Assembly (NCBI GenBank): GCA_004296455.1
Contig: AP018280.1
Span: 5,442,794 to 5,506,793 of the forward strand
Source of the DNA: Calothrix sp. NIES-4101
GTDB lineage: Bacteria; Cyanobacteriota; Cyanobacteriia; Cyanobacteriales; Nostocaceae
DNA: 64,000 nucleotides
Direction: 5' to 3'
The position numbers were made by a program, and so were the translations under genes. Shown here in pieces: positions 9,653-19,001 of this stretch. The notes below the pieces were generated by a model, which was not told where the DNA came from, did no database searches, and saw only the letters and a program-made list of their open reading frames with translations. Positions within the stretch are counted from its first letter, which is position 1, and each line of letters opens with the position of its first letter.

Positions 9653-12361
9653 ATGCCTTCCCCTGTTCTTGCTTATAGGTTCCGCAATTTGTGGCAACCA
9701 AGAAGAGGTTTAGCCATAGCAGAGGCTTCGGTAATTGGATTAGTCGCTGCTTTGTCTGCGGTGCTGTTGAAGTTTGGTTCGGGCGCGTTGGGAACTTGGC
9801 GAGTGCATTCATCGCATCTATTTCCAGCGTGGATTGTACTTCCCTTAGTTGGTATGGTGTTTGGGTTTTTAGCTGGTTTGCTGGTGGAAAGATTAGCACC
9901 AGAGGCTTCAGGTAGTGGTATTCCTCAAGTTAAGGCAACTCTGGCAAATGTGCCAATGAACTTGTCTTGGCGAGTCGCCTGTATTAAGTTACTGAGTGCC
10001 ATTATTGCAATTGGCTCTGGTTTAACTTTAGGTCGCCAAGGGCCGACTGTACAGGTAGGTGCAGGACTTGCGGCGGGGATGAGTCGTTGGGTTCCCACTT
10101 CTCCTGATCATCGCCGGCAAATGATTGCAGCAGGGGCGGGTGCGGGTTTGGCTGCTGCCTTTAATGCACCAATTGCCGGAGTTTTGTTTATTGTTGAGGA
10201 ATTGCTGCAAGATTTATCAGGTTTAACTCTAGGAACAGCTATTATTGCTTCATTTATTGGTGGTGTTGTTTCTCGCCTTTTGGGTGGTGGGAGTTTGTTA
10301 CTCAACCTGCAACAAAACCAAATTTCTAGCAGTTTTGCAATTACGGAAATTCCCTTTTACCTATTATTAGGACTGTGTGCAGGTTTTTTGGCTGCTTTAT
10401 TCAATCGTGGTTTAATTTATAGCATCAAGTTATACCGAAGACTACATGTGAGTTTAGCGATACGTGTAGCTTTAGCAGGATTAGTTTCCGGAATAATTGT
10501 ATCTTTGTTGTCAAATTTATCCGGTGATAATACAAATTTATTTCGTGATAATACAGGACTACGGGAATTTGTGATCGCCACTTCCGCAAATACTTCTCTA
10601 GCCGCGATCGCATTTATTGTTCAATTTTTGTTAACATTAATCGCCTTTGGTTCGGGAGCTCCTGGGGGGTTATTTGCACCCAGTTTGATTTTAGGTTCTT
10701 GTTTAGGACATATTATTGGGGCTTTTCAGGAAAATCTGTTACATGCTGGTTCCCCGACAACTTATGCGTTAGCGGGAATGGGAGCCTTCTTTAGTGGTGT
10801 TTCTAAAGTACCAATTACAGCGATTGTCATCGTCTTTGAAATGACCACCGATTTTAATTTAGTCCTACCATTAATGATCGGTTCGGTAACGTCGTATCTC
10901 GTCGCTGACAAATTAGTACCTGGTTCACTGTACGATAAACTGCTGAAGTTAAAGGGTATTAACATTGAATACAAAACTTCCACAGAAGGCATCCTCACAA
11001 AATTAACTGCCAGGGAAGTTATGCAAAGTCGAGTCGAAAGTTTAGATGCAGAGATGTCAGTTGAAGAAGCAATGCAGGCTTTTTCGCGATCGCACCACCG
11101 TGGTTTCCCCGTAGTTGAAGACAGTAGATTAATTGGAATTGTCACACAAACAGACTTGCTCAAAGTTGGTGACAATCCCAGTCAAGAGTTTGATAAATCC
11201 ATAATCATCAAGCAAACAATATTGCGGCAAATTATGACACCGGAACCTGTCACGGTGACACCCTACCACAATTTAAGTAATGTTCTATACTTGCTAGACA
11301 GATATAAAATCAGCCGCTTACCTGTTGTTGAAGGTAAAAGATTAATTGGCATAATTACCCGTGCTGATATTATCCGTACAGAAGCAGACCATCTCAACTG
11401 CGAAAACCCCGAAAAACCGCCAACAGAACCTTCATACGTTGTTTATCAAACCCGTTCCCCCAGCACTGGTAGAGGGAGATTATTGTTACCAATTGCCAAT
11501 CCTGACACCGCCACTACTTTAATTAAAATGGCAGTTGCGATCGCTAGGGAACGACATTATGAAATTGAGTGCGTGCAAATTATCCTCGTACCTCGCTACA
11601 GTTCCCCCGCCGAAACCCAAGTCCGCACCACTAAAAGCCGACGATTATTGCGACAAACAGAAGTTTTAGGCAAAAAATGGCAAATTCCCATCCATACCCA
11701 AATTCGAGTCGCCCACGATGTCGCCCAAGCCATCTTAGAAACAATTAGCGATCGGCATATTGATATTTTGCTGATGGGATGGAAAGGGAGTACAGATACT
11801 CCCGGTCGTATATTTGGTAACGTTGTTGATACCGTGGTTCGTCAAGCGACCTGTGAGGTAATGCTAGTAAAACTCGGCACTCAGCACATTAGGCAAGAAG
11901 GTGAAATATCTACTAATCAACACCCAGCACTCAGCACCGAAGACTCAGAAATACAATTCAACAACTGGTTAATTCCCATGGCTGGGGGGCCAAATGCTTG
12001 GCTAGCGATAAAATTATTACCAGCATTAGTTACTTTAGGCAATGAACCGAAAATTCGTCTCACTAGAGTTTTTCACCCCAGCGAAGTCAAACCCGACATG
12101 AAGGTATTAGAAGACGCAACCCGGCAAATTATTCGTCGCCGCCAGCTTTACACTACGGTTATTGCTGAGGCAGTCAAAGCCGAATCAGTTAGCGAAGGGG
12201 TAATCAATCTAGTGAGCAAAGGACATTATGATGTAGTCGTTCTCGGAGCTTCTCGTGAAGGAATGTTACAACAAGCAATCAAAGGTAATATTCCGGAAGC
12301 GATCGCATCTGGAGTTGAAAGTACGGTAATTTTGGTAAGAGGTGCAATTAATGCAGAATAG
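9653..12361 (+). CDS. ClC-family chloride channel fused to a CBS pair and two universal stress protein (UspA) domains.
   Basis: ClC selectivity motifs are present (GSGIPQ, GxEGP-like GRQGPTVQ, GAFFSGVSKVPITA). The C-terminal half contains CBS motifs and two USP-like segments. Total length is 902 aa. Confidence 0.85.
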   Translation: MPSPVLAYRFRNLWQPRRGLAIAEASVIGLVAALSAVLLKFGSGALGTWRVHSSHLFPAWIVLPLVGMVFGFLAGLLVERLAPEASGSGIPQVKATLANVPMNLSWRVACIKLLSAIIAIGSGLTLGRQGPTVQVGAGLAAGMSRWVPTSPDHRRQMIAAGAGAGLAAAFNAPIAGVLFIVEELLQDLSGLTLGTAIIASFIGGVVSRLLGGGSLLLNLQQNQISSSFAITEIPFYLLLGLCAGFLAALFNRGLIYSIKLYRRLHVSLAIRVALAGLVSGIIVSLLSNLSGDNTNLFRDNTGLREFVIATSANTSLAAIAFIVQFLLTLIAFGSGAPGGLFAPSLILGSCLGHIIGAFQENLLHAGSPTTYALAGMGAFFSGVSKVPITAIVIVFEMTTDFNLVLPLMIGSVTSYLVADKLVPGSLYDKLLKLKGINIEYKTSTEGILTKLTAREVMQSRVESLDAEMSVEEAMQAFSRSHHRGFPVVEDSRLIGIVTQTDLLKVGDNPSQEFDKSIIIKQTILRQIMTPEPVTVTPYHNLSNVLYLLDRYKISRLPVVEGKRLIGIITRADIIRTEADHLNCENPEKPPTEPSYVVYQTRSPSTGRGRLLLPIANPDTATTLIKMAVAIARERHYEIECVQIILVPRYSSPAETQVRTTKSRRLLRQTEVLGKKWQIPIHTQIRVAHDVAQAILETISDRHIDILLMGWKGSTDTPGRIFGNVVDTVVRQATCEVMLVKLGTQHIRQEGEISTNQHPALSTEDSEIQFNNWLIPMAGGPNAWLAIKLLPALVTLGNEPKIRLTRVFHPSEVKPDMKVLEDATRQIIRRRQLYTTVIAEAVKAESVSEGVINLVSKGHYDVVVLGASREGMLQQAIKGNIPEAIASGVESTVILVRGAINAE

Positions 12362-12378
12362 AAAATCAATACAACTCT

Positions 12379-13413
12379 TTGCAAGTACATGAAGAAATGA
12401 ACCGTCGTCAATTTATTACTACTGCTGGGATCACAACTTTAGCTACTCAGTTTTCATTATCAACAGTTCAAGCGGAAATTAAACCACAAACAATTATTAA
12501 ACCACCTCGTTTGCAAATTGGTGATACCGTGGGATTGGTTGCACCAGCAGGTATTATTGAAGCAAAAGATATTGAAGATGCTACTAAAACTTTTGCAGAG
12601 CTAGGACTGAAAGTCAAATTAGGCAAATATATCTTAGAAAGATATGGATATTTAGCGGGAACAGATATTCAACGTGCCCATGATATTAATCGAATGTTTG
12701 CAGATAAATCAGTGAAAGCAATTATTGCTATGCGTGGTGGTTGGGGTTGCAATCGGATACTATCTTTACTTAACTATATAGACATTCGCAAACATCCAAA
12801 AATTATCCTGGGATATAGCGATATTACGTCATTACTATTAGCAATAAATGCTCGTAGTCGAATTGTGACATTTCACGGTGCAGTGGCAACATCAACTTGG
12901 AATCAATTTACTGTAAGCTATCTGAAGCCAATTCTTTTTGATGCTGGAATTGTAACTATGCAAAATCTCAATAATATAGAAGCAGGCAAAGTCGAAGTCA
13001 TCAATCCGGGGAAAGCCAAGGGTAAGCTTGTTGGTGGTAATTTGTCAGTAATATCTTCAATGCTAGGTTCTCCATATTTACCTGGATGGAATCGGCGCAT
13101 TTTTTTTGCGGAAGATATTGGTGAAGATGTGTATCGTATAGATAGAATGCTCGCTCAATTAAAAAATGCTGGCATTCTCAATCAATTTTCTGGATTTATT
13201 TTTGGACAATGCACTAATTGTAAACCAGGTGATGAACCGACATTTCAGTTAAAGCAAGTATTGCAAGACTATATTAAACCGTTAAATATTCCCGCTTTTT
13301 ACGGTTCAATGATTGGTCATATTCAAGATAAATTTACTTTACCTTTAGGGGTAGATGTGGAAATAGATGCAGTTTCAGGAACAATCACAATGCTAGAATC
13401 GGCAGTTAGTTAG
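12379..13413 (+). CDS. LD-carboxypeptidase (peptidase S66, LdcA-like) with a Tat-type signal peptide.
   Basis: The N-terminus RRQFITTAG is a twin-arginine motif. The S66 catalytic Ser region GYSDITSL is present. Confidence 0.8.
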   Translation: MQVHEEMNRRQFITTAGITTLATQFSLSTVQAEIKPQTIIKPPRLQIGDTVGLVAPAGIIEAKDIEDATKTFAELGLKVKLGKYILERYGYLAGTDIQRAHDINRMFADKSVKAIIAMRGGWGCNRILSLLNYIDIRKHPKIILGYSDITSLLLAINARSRIVTFHGAVATSTWNQFTVSYLKPILFDAGIVTMQNLNNIEAGKVEVINPGKAKGKLVGGNLSVISSMLGSPYLPGWNRRIFFAEDIGEDVYRIDRMLAQLKNAGILNQFSGFIFGQCTNCKPGDEPTFQLKQVLQDYIKPLNIPAFYGSMIGHIQDKFTLPLGVDVEIDAVSGTITMLESAVS

Positions 13414-13548
13414 TTATCGATAGCTAGATTTTATCAGAGATAAGTTTTAGTTTCTCAGTTAAAACTTATAGTAAAAGACATAAGTATTAATCTTGATTGT
13501 GATTTTGGGTTAGGTAATTACTGAATATTATCAATTTATTTCCGATAT

Positions 13549-15456
13549 ATGCAAGATTATCCTTTTGACATTCAGAAAATTAAGCTTGAGCAACCAGCAC
13601 TAGTAACCTCTAATATTGTTAGTTATTTAGTTAAAAGTAATGCCCCAATTAGCGTAGAAACTACTTATAAAGAAAGTAACAATACTCAAGCAGTTGATGA
13701 TCAAAATAAGCCCCAAGAGACTGATGAGATAATTAAAGAAATTGCTAACTTTTTATTATTACATAAACATCAAGCAGAAATTGTTATTCATATTCATGGA
13801 TATAACACAGGAGAAAAAGATTTTGAGGACTGGACAAGAAATATTTATCATTATATCCTCAATGATAAATTCATTAGTCAAAAAACTATTCTTTTTATTG
13901 GATATCGTTGGCCTTCAGAATCAATTGCTTTAAAAAGTGATGAAGATTCCGAGTCTTTTCTTAATAATGTTGGTAACGCAATTCAAAGTTTACCAATTTT
14001 TTTTAGAACAATCTTAGATTCTTCTCTGCGAGGGATTATTGCTTCGTTTACGTTACTACTAATTTTTTTAATCCCATTTACAGGTACAGCTTTATTATTA
14101 AATAACCCTGATTTTTTAGTCAGCTTATTAGTATTTGTCACAGCATTTTTTACTTTTTTGTTTGGGTTTGTATTTTCCGCAATTTTGCTAAGGTCTACGG
14201 TTTATTTTCGAGATTCCTATCGTGCTGTCAATTATGGTGTCCCAGATTTAGTAGAACTAATCAGACAAATTGATAATGCGATTGTCGAAGAATCTGATAA
14301 GTCTGAAGGAGTAACTAGAGCGCAGAAAAAAGAAAACTTATCACAGAGTTTAGCTACTAGTAATTCCAGAATCAAACTATCTTTTATCGGTCATAGTATG
14401 GGGGCATTTGTGACAACAAATGTAATTCGTATTCTTTCCGATGTATTTGATGAAAAATCGATCCAAACTCAGCATAGTCCTGAAAATCAACCATCTTTAA
14501 AACTTGGTACTGCCTTTTCTTTAGGTCGTTTAGTTCTAGCTTCACCTGATATCCCGATTGAGACTATTATGCCCGAACGGTCGAACGTTTTACGTTCTTC
14601 TATCCGGCGATTTGAAGAGTCTTATTTATTCAGTAATCAGGGAGACTTTATACTGCGAGTGGCTTCGACAGCCGCTAATTATTTAAGTTTTCCAGCGAAT
14701 ACTTATGATAGAGGCTTTAGATTGGGTAATGTTGTGGTTCGTGATTATGATGAAAGTTACGACAGTTATAACTTAAATTCAAAACTTTTAAAGCAAAAGA
14801 CTGATGTTCCTAAAATAACTTTTGGGATTGCGAATCAAAATTCCAGAGATGGAAGTATTAATCAGAATCCCAATAGTGCGATGAAATGTATTTGTATAGT
14901 TTCTGATAATAGATATAAACCATTAGATGAACTATATTCTAAAAATACTCCCGTGACGCAAAAACTTGCAGTCGCCGGATTATTCACATACTTTGATTGT
15001 ACTAATTATAGAGATGTTACTAATAATAATGATCAGGTAAAACCAATTTTAACGAGAGCCTTAGACAAAGAGGTATTAAGTTTTTGGGATAACTTGTTTT
15101 TGATATTTGATAATTTCTTCTCAGGCAGGAATGTGCATGGGGGTTATTTCGATGGTAAATTTAGTCAGAAAATATTATATAGGTTAGCTTTTTTGGGATT
15201 CAAAGACATGTTACTGTCTTTAGAAGATGAACCTGACTGTCAAGAACTGGTTAATAAGCTAGAAACTGAAATTAGCCCCAAATTAATCCAGGAATCTTTA
15301 CAAAGCCAAACAGTTGAACCTGATGCAGAGAAGTTAACAAAATTGCTAAGTGTACTTTCCCAGAAGTGTAATAATTCTGGAATTAAGGCTTTTCTAGCAC
15401 CAGAAAGATATCAAGTAGATATTCTTGGTAAAGAACGCGATCGCAAGGACTATTAA
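13549..15456 (+). CDS. Hypothetical alpha/beta-hydrolase-fold protein (DUF900-like) with an inserted two-helix transmembrane hairpin and a roughly 300-aa C-terminal domain of unknown function.
   Basis: An HGYNTGEKDF motif and the nucleophile elbow GHSMG are split by a hydrophobic hairpin (IIASFTLLLIFLIPF..LLVFVTAFFTFLFGFVFSAILL). The gene is markedly AT-rich. Confidence 0.5.
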   Translation: MQDYPFDIQKIKLEQPALVTSNIVSYLVKSNAPISVETTYKESNNTQAVDDQNKPQETDEIIKEIANFLLLHKHQAEIVIHIHGYNTGEKDFEDWTRNIYHYILNDKFISQKTILFIGYRWPSESIALKSDEDSESFLNNVGNAIQSLPIFFRTILDSSLRGIIASFTLLLIFLIPFTGTALLLNNPDFLVSLLVFVTAFFTFLFGFVFSAILLRSTVYFRDSYRAVNYGVPDLVELIRQIDNAIVEESDKSEGVTRAQKKENLSQSLATSNSRIKLSFIGHSMGAFVTTNVIRILSDVFDEKSIQTQHSPENQPSLKLGTAFSLGRLVLASPDIPIETIMPERSNVLRSSIRRFEESYLFSNQGDFILRVASTAANYLSFPANTYDRGFRLGNVVVRDYDESYDSYNLNSKLLKQKTDVPKITFGIANQNSRDGSINQNPNSAMKCICIVSDNRYKPLDELYSKNTPVTQKLAVAGLFTYFDCTNYRDVTNNNDQVKPILTRALDKEVLSFWDNLFLIFDNFFSGRNVHGGYFDGKFSQKILYRLAFLGFKDMLLSLEDEPDCQELVNKLETEISPKLIQESLQSQTVEPDAEKLTKLLSVLSQKCNNSGIKAFLAPERYQVDILGKERDRKDY

Positions 15457-15537
15457 TTCTGTTATTTTACAATCATCTAGAGGTGCGAAATCGTCATAAA
15501 TATGCGGGAAGGGTAAAGCAGTTCCCGCTTTTAAAAA

Positions 15538-16422
15538 TTACTCGCGGTGTCTAAAGTCGTTCAAAGTCTGTAAATATGCATCAGGAATACCAATATCAAA
15601 ACAGGTTCCGGCAACTAAATAACCTGTCATCTTTTCACGCTGACGTAATACATCCAAGCAAGTTGTTAACTGAAACTCACCCTTAAGCCGCACATTCTGA
15701 TTAATATCAACTTCCAAACAATCAAAAATTGTTGGTGTCAGTGCATATAAGCCAAAAATACTTAAAAACTCATCATCACCTAAACTTTCTACATGTAAAT
15801 TATCGCGTGCATAATCGAGAGTAGGTTTTTCTGCAACTTGATTAATAGTCAGAATTGAATTTTGCTTTTGCCAATTTCCTGTGACGCAACCTACTTGATG
15901 CAACATTTCTGAATTAACTATATTTAATCCAATCACACTATGATTGACTTGTTGGTAAATTTCTAAAATTTGACGAGCGCAAGATTTCTGAATTTTTGAA
16001 GAGTAAATATGGTCACCTAACATTAATAAAAATGGCTCATTATCTACCCATTTTTTGGCACAATATACAGCATGACCATAGCCTTCTTGTTGGGCTTGCG
16101 TTATCACAGTAATTCTATCACCAATATCCACTAAATATTTGCTAAACTTTTGATTTTCAGGTGATAATTTCTCAAAGAGTTCGGCACTTGGTGGACGCTT
16201 AAATAGCTTTTTAAAAATAGCTTTATCATCCGGCTGGACGACAATCGCGATTTCTTCAATTCCAGCACTGATAGCCTCTTCAATAATTAATAAAATTACA
16301 GGTTTTGCTCTCCCATCCTTATCAATTACTGGAAATAGTTCCTTCTTGACAACCTTTGTAGTCGGAAACAAACGGGTTCCAAAACCTGCGGCGGTAATTA
16401 CGGCTTTTTTAATTTTACTCAC
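15538..16422 (-). CDS. Sugar-1-phosphate nucleotidyltransferase, GalU-like (UTP-glucose-1-phosphate uridylyltransferase family). It has a GTG start.
   Basis: The N-terminus KAVITAAGFGTRLFPTTKVVKKELFPV matches the GalU signature. Its start overlaps the stop of the upstream kinase gene by 8 nt. Confidence 0.7.
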   Translation of the reverse strand: MSKIKKAVITAAGFGTRLFPTTKVVKKELFPVIDKDGRAKPVILLIIEEAISAGIEEIAIVVQPDDKAIFKKLFKRPPSAELFEKLSPENQKFSKYLVDIGDRITVITQAQQEGYGHAVYCAKKWVDNEPFLLMLGDHIYSSKIQKSCARQILEIYQQVNHSVIGLNIVNSEMLHQVGCVTGNWQKQNSILTINQVAEKPTLDYARDNLHVESLGDDEFLSIFGLYALTPTIFDCLEVDINQNVRLKGEFQLTTCLDVLRQREKMTGYLVAGTCFDIGIPDAYLQTLNDFRHRE

Positions 16423-17488
16423 TGGTATTTTTGCTAGTTTTGTTACTAGGATAAATTATAAGTTTCAAACATTGCATCTGTGGAAAATCTCGCTCAATTA
16501 TTTCTATAACTTGCTGCTGACTTTCCTGATTTTTCACTATAAACTGTGCTGTCCCATCACCCTGAGAACCAACACCTTTTCCACCCCAAATATAATCCTG
16601 AATTGGTTCATAATTTAGTAATTTATGTAGTACAGGGGCAGTCAATTCAACAGCACAAGCAGGGATTAAATAGCGATCAAATTCAGCTTGTACCTGTCGC
16701 ATTAGTTGACCAATTTCCTTAGCATCTCCTGCTTGCAAAGCATTAATTGCAGCTTTGGTAAATTGGTAGCTAATTTTACCCAGATATTTCTGCACATTAG
16801 CTTGAATTTCATCTTTAGGAAAAGGATAGCACTGATTAAGTTGGCTCAAAATTTTTTGAGTATTTTTACCTGCACCCAAATCAACAATGACAAAATAGAG
16901 ATTTTCCGGTACATGTAATTCAATAATATCAGTGCGATCGCCATCAAATATCATTGCAATTGGACGATTTCCATAGGCACAACCTTGATCCATACGTCCA
17001 CATTGGGAAGGTGTGGTAATCTCTCCTAAATAGGCAAACTCCATTTCCCCGCGTAACGTCAACTTCAAGTCATAAACTTGATTAAACGCCCTGGCAACTA
17101 ATACACAAATAGCCGCACTCGACGATAAACCCTTTTGAATCGGTAAATCTGTTAAATAATTGTCGATTTCCAATCCTCCAACTTGGAAATATGTGAGAAA
17201 TTGGTAAGCTACACCCGCAGCATAACTAAAAAAACTACTTTTTTTAGCTTCCACTAACAAAGCCTGTTTTTCCATCGGTAATGCACAAATTTTCTCGCTA
17301 CCATCATCCAACGTTGTACGCAAAATTAATTGCTGTGGATGCTGTTTCACCGATGCATAAATTCCTTGATTAGTCCCTGATAATAATGTGTAACCCACAC
17401 CCAAATCTGGATTTTGGCGACGATAACATCCAGCCCAATCACTATGTTCTCCAAATAGACACAATCTTCCTGGTACAAAAATTTTCAT
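16415..17488 (-). CDS. GHMP-family sugar kinase, galactokinase-like. The track ORF extends to 17521, but the likely start is MKIFVPGR at 17488.
   Basis: The galactokinase signature VPGRLCLFGEHSDW and the GHMP ATP-binding motif GLSSSAA are both present. Confidence 0.75.
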   Translation of the reverse strand: MKIFVPGRLCLFGEHSDWAGCYRRQNPDLGVGYTLLSGTNQGIYASVKQHPQQLILRTTLDDGSEKICALPMEKQALLVEAKKSSFFSYAAGVAYQFLTYFQVGGLEIDNYLTDLPIQKGLSSSAAICVLVARAFNQVYDLKLTLRGEMEFAYLGEITTPSQCGRMDQGCAYGNRPIAMIFDGDRTDIIELHVPENLYFVIVDLGAGKNTQKILSQLNQCYPFPKDEIQANVQKYLGKISYQFTKAAINALQAGDAKEIGQLMRQVQAEFDRYLIPACAVELTAPVLHKLLNYEPIQDYIWGGKGVGSQGDGTAQFIVKNQESQQQVIEIIERDFPQMQCLKLIIYPSNKTSKNTSE

Positions 17489-17560
17489 CACTGAGTAATT
17501 AATAATTTGTAATAGCCGCAAAAGCTACATCATCTAATTTCTAATTCGTAATTAACAAAT

Positions 17561-18448
17561 ATGCAAACCTACAAATTTAAACGTTCATTTGCCCTAGATA
17601 GCACCCTGAGTCCACGCTTATTTAACCTGCTAGATAGTGCATTTCCCGGATTAGGAATCAATGAATTAGCCAAACAAGCTCGAAAACTCGGTGGAGTCTG
17701 GGAACATGTCTCCACACCCTTCGCACGCATAGACGACAACGGAACCCTAATAGCCCACATAGGTGTCTTGGAAATTCCCATGCGAATTATGGGAGCAGAT
17801 GTCATTGTTGGCGGAATCCATGCTGTGTGTACCCATCCTGAATACCGTAGACGTGGATATTACCGTGAAGTGATGAAGGAAGTTTTAGATTACTGCGACA
17901 AACGCTATGACACTTTACTACTAACAACAGACCAACCAGGACTTTATCAACCTTTTGGCTTCCGTGTCATCCCAGAACATAGCTTTAAAGCTAAGTATAA
18001 CTCCCTTGGTAGTGTAAATGGAATGCGATCGCTCGATATTAGCGATAGCGATGATGTGAAGCTAATTCATCGACTCCTAGAAACACGCACAACTGTATCC
18101 AATATTGTCGGGGTGTTTAGTCACAAGGCTTTATTCCTTGTCAATGAATGCACAAAACCTTTATATTACTTTCCCAACCTTGATACTTTAGCTTGCTTGG
18201 AAATCCACAATCAGCAGTTGAAGCTATTTGACTTAGTGACACCTGAACTAAATTTTACCCTACAAGCACTTCTAGAACAAATACCTCAAGCGATCGCAGA
18301 AGTCTTGATCTACTTTAGCCCGGATTGTCTCCAATTTGCGATGCAAGCAGTAGCAGAAATCTTTGAAGGTGATTCATTACTGATGGTTCGGGGTACATTC
18401 GCGGCAGAACATCAGCAATTTACGCTACCACGTTCAGCACGTTGCTAA
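17561..18448 (+). CDS. GNAT-family N-acetyltransferase carrying an additional C-terminal domain.
   Basis: The acetyl-CoA binding motif region ..VGGIHAVCTHPEYRRRGYYREVMKE.. is present. The protein is 295 aa. Confidence 0.6.
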   Translation: MQTYKFKRSFALDSTLSPRLFNLLDSAFPGLGINELAKQARKLGGVWEHVSTPFARIDDNGTLIAHIGVLEIPMRIMGADVIVGGIHAVCTHPEYRRRGYYREVMKEVLDYCDKRYDTLLLTTDQPGLYQPFGFRVIPEHSFKAKYNSLGSVNGMRSLDISDSDDVKLIHRLLETRTTVSNIVGVFSHKALFLVNECTKPLYYFPNLDTLACLEIHNQQLKLFDLVTPELNFTLQALLEQIPQAIAEVLIYFSPDCLQFAMQAVAEIFEGDSLLMVRGTFAAEHQQFTLPRSARC

Positions 18449-19001
18449 ATATCAACTGCACGATCAATACAATACCTTGAAGCCATCTCCGAAAACATCA
18501 GCTTTGTTATTTGTCTTACCTTACCATATTCGGGATTGTTCATTTTGAACTGTGAGTTTTTAACTAGTGTCAGTTAATAAAGTGTCACTCACCAGATTCC
18601 GCAAATAATTACACAAGCGATATTCTGTATTTGTGCAAGGAGTGATACCACTTCACCATAATGTTTGCCACAGGTTATATTCGCACTGCCCCTCAACTAT
18701 AGAGGTAGTGCGAACCTCAAATGTTGCAGCAAACAAGTGAGTTGGTATAAAGTTATACGGGGAAGCGCTGGGAGTAGCAAAATCTCAGTCGCTTTTTTTG
18801 TAAGTAAGTGCAAGAAGATATAACAATGTTTATACCAAGCGATACTCAAGGGTATAGTTTTTAGCTCAATTTTAAAATTGGCATTAATCCAAGCCGGAGT
18901 ATTCTTTTTCACACTTAGTTTGCTGAGATATTCCATATCAGTTTTAGCGCGATCGCGGAGTAAGTGTCACCGTACAATCTTTAAAAAATTTGTGATTATA
19001 A

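Noticed and set aside
9633-9915. Two short ORFs (88 aa minus, 74 aa plus) at the ClC gene start.
   Set aside because: They overlap the well-supported ClC coding frame and show no independent signals.
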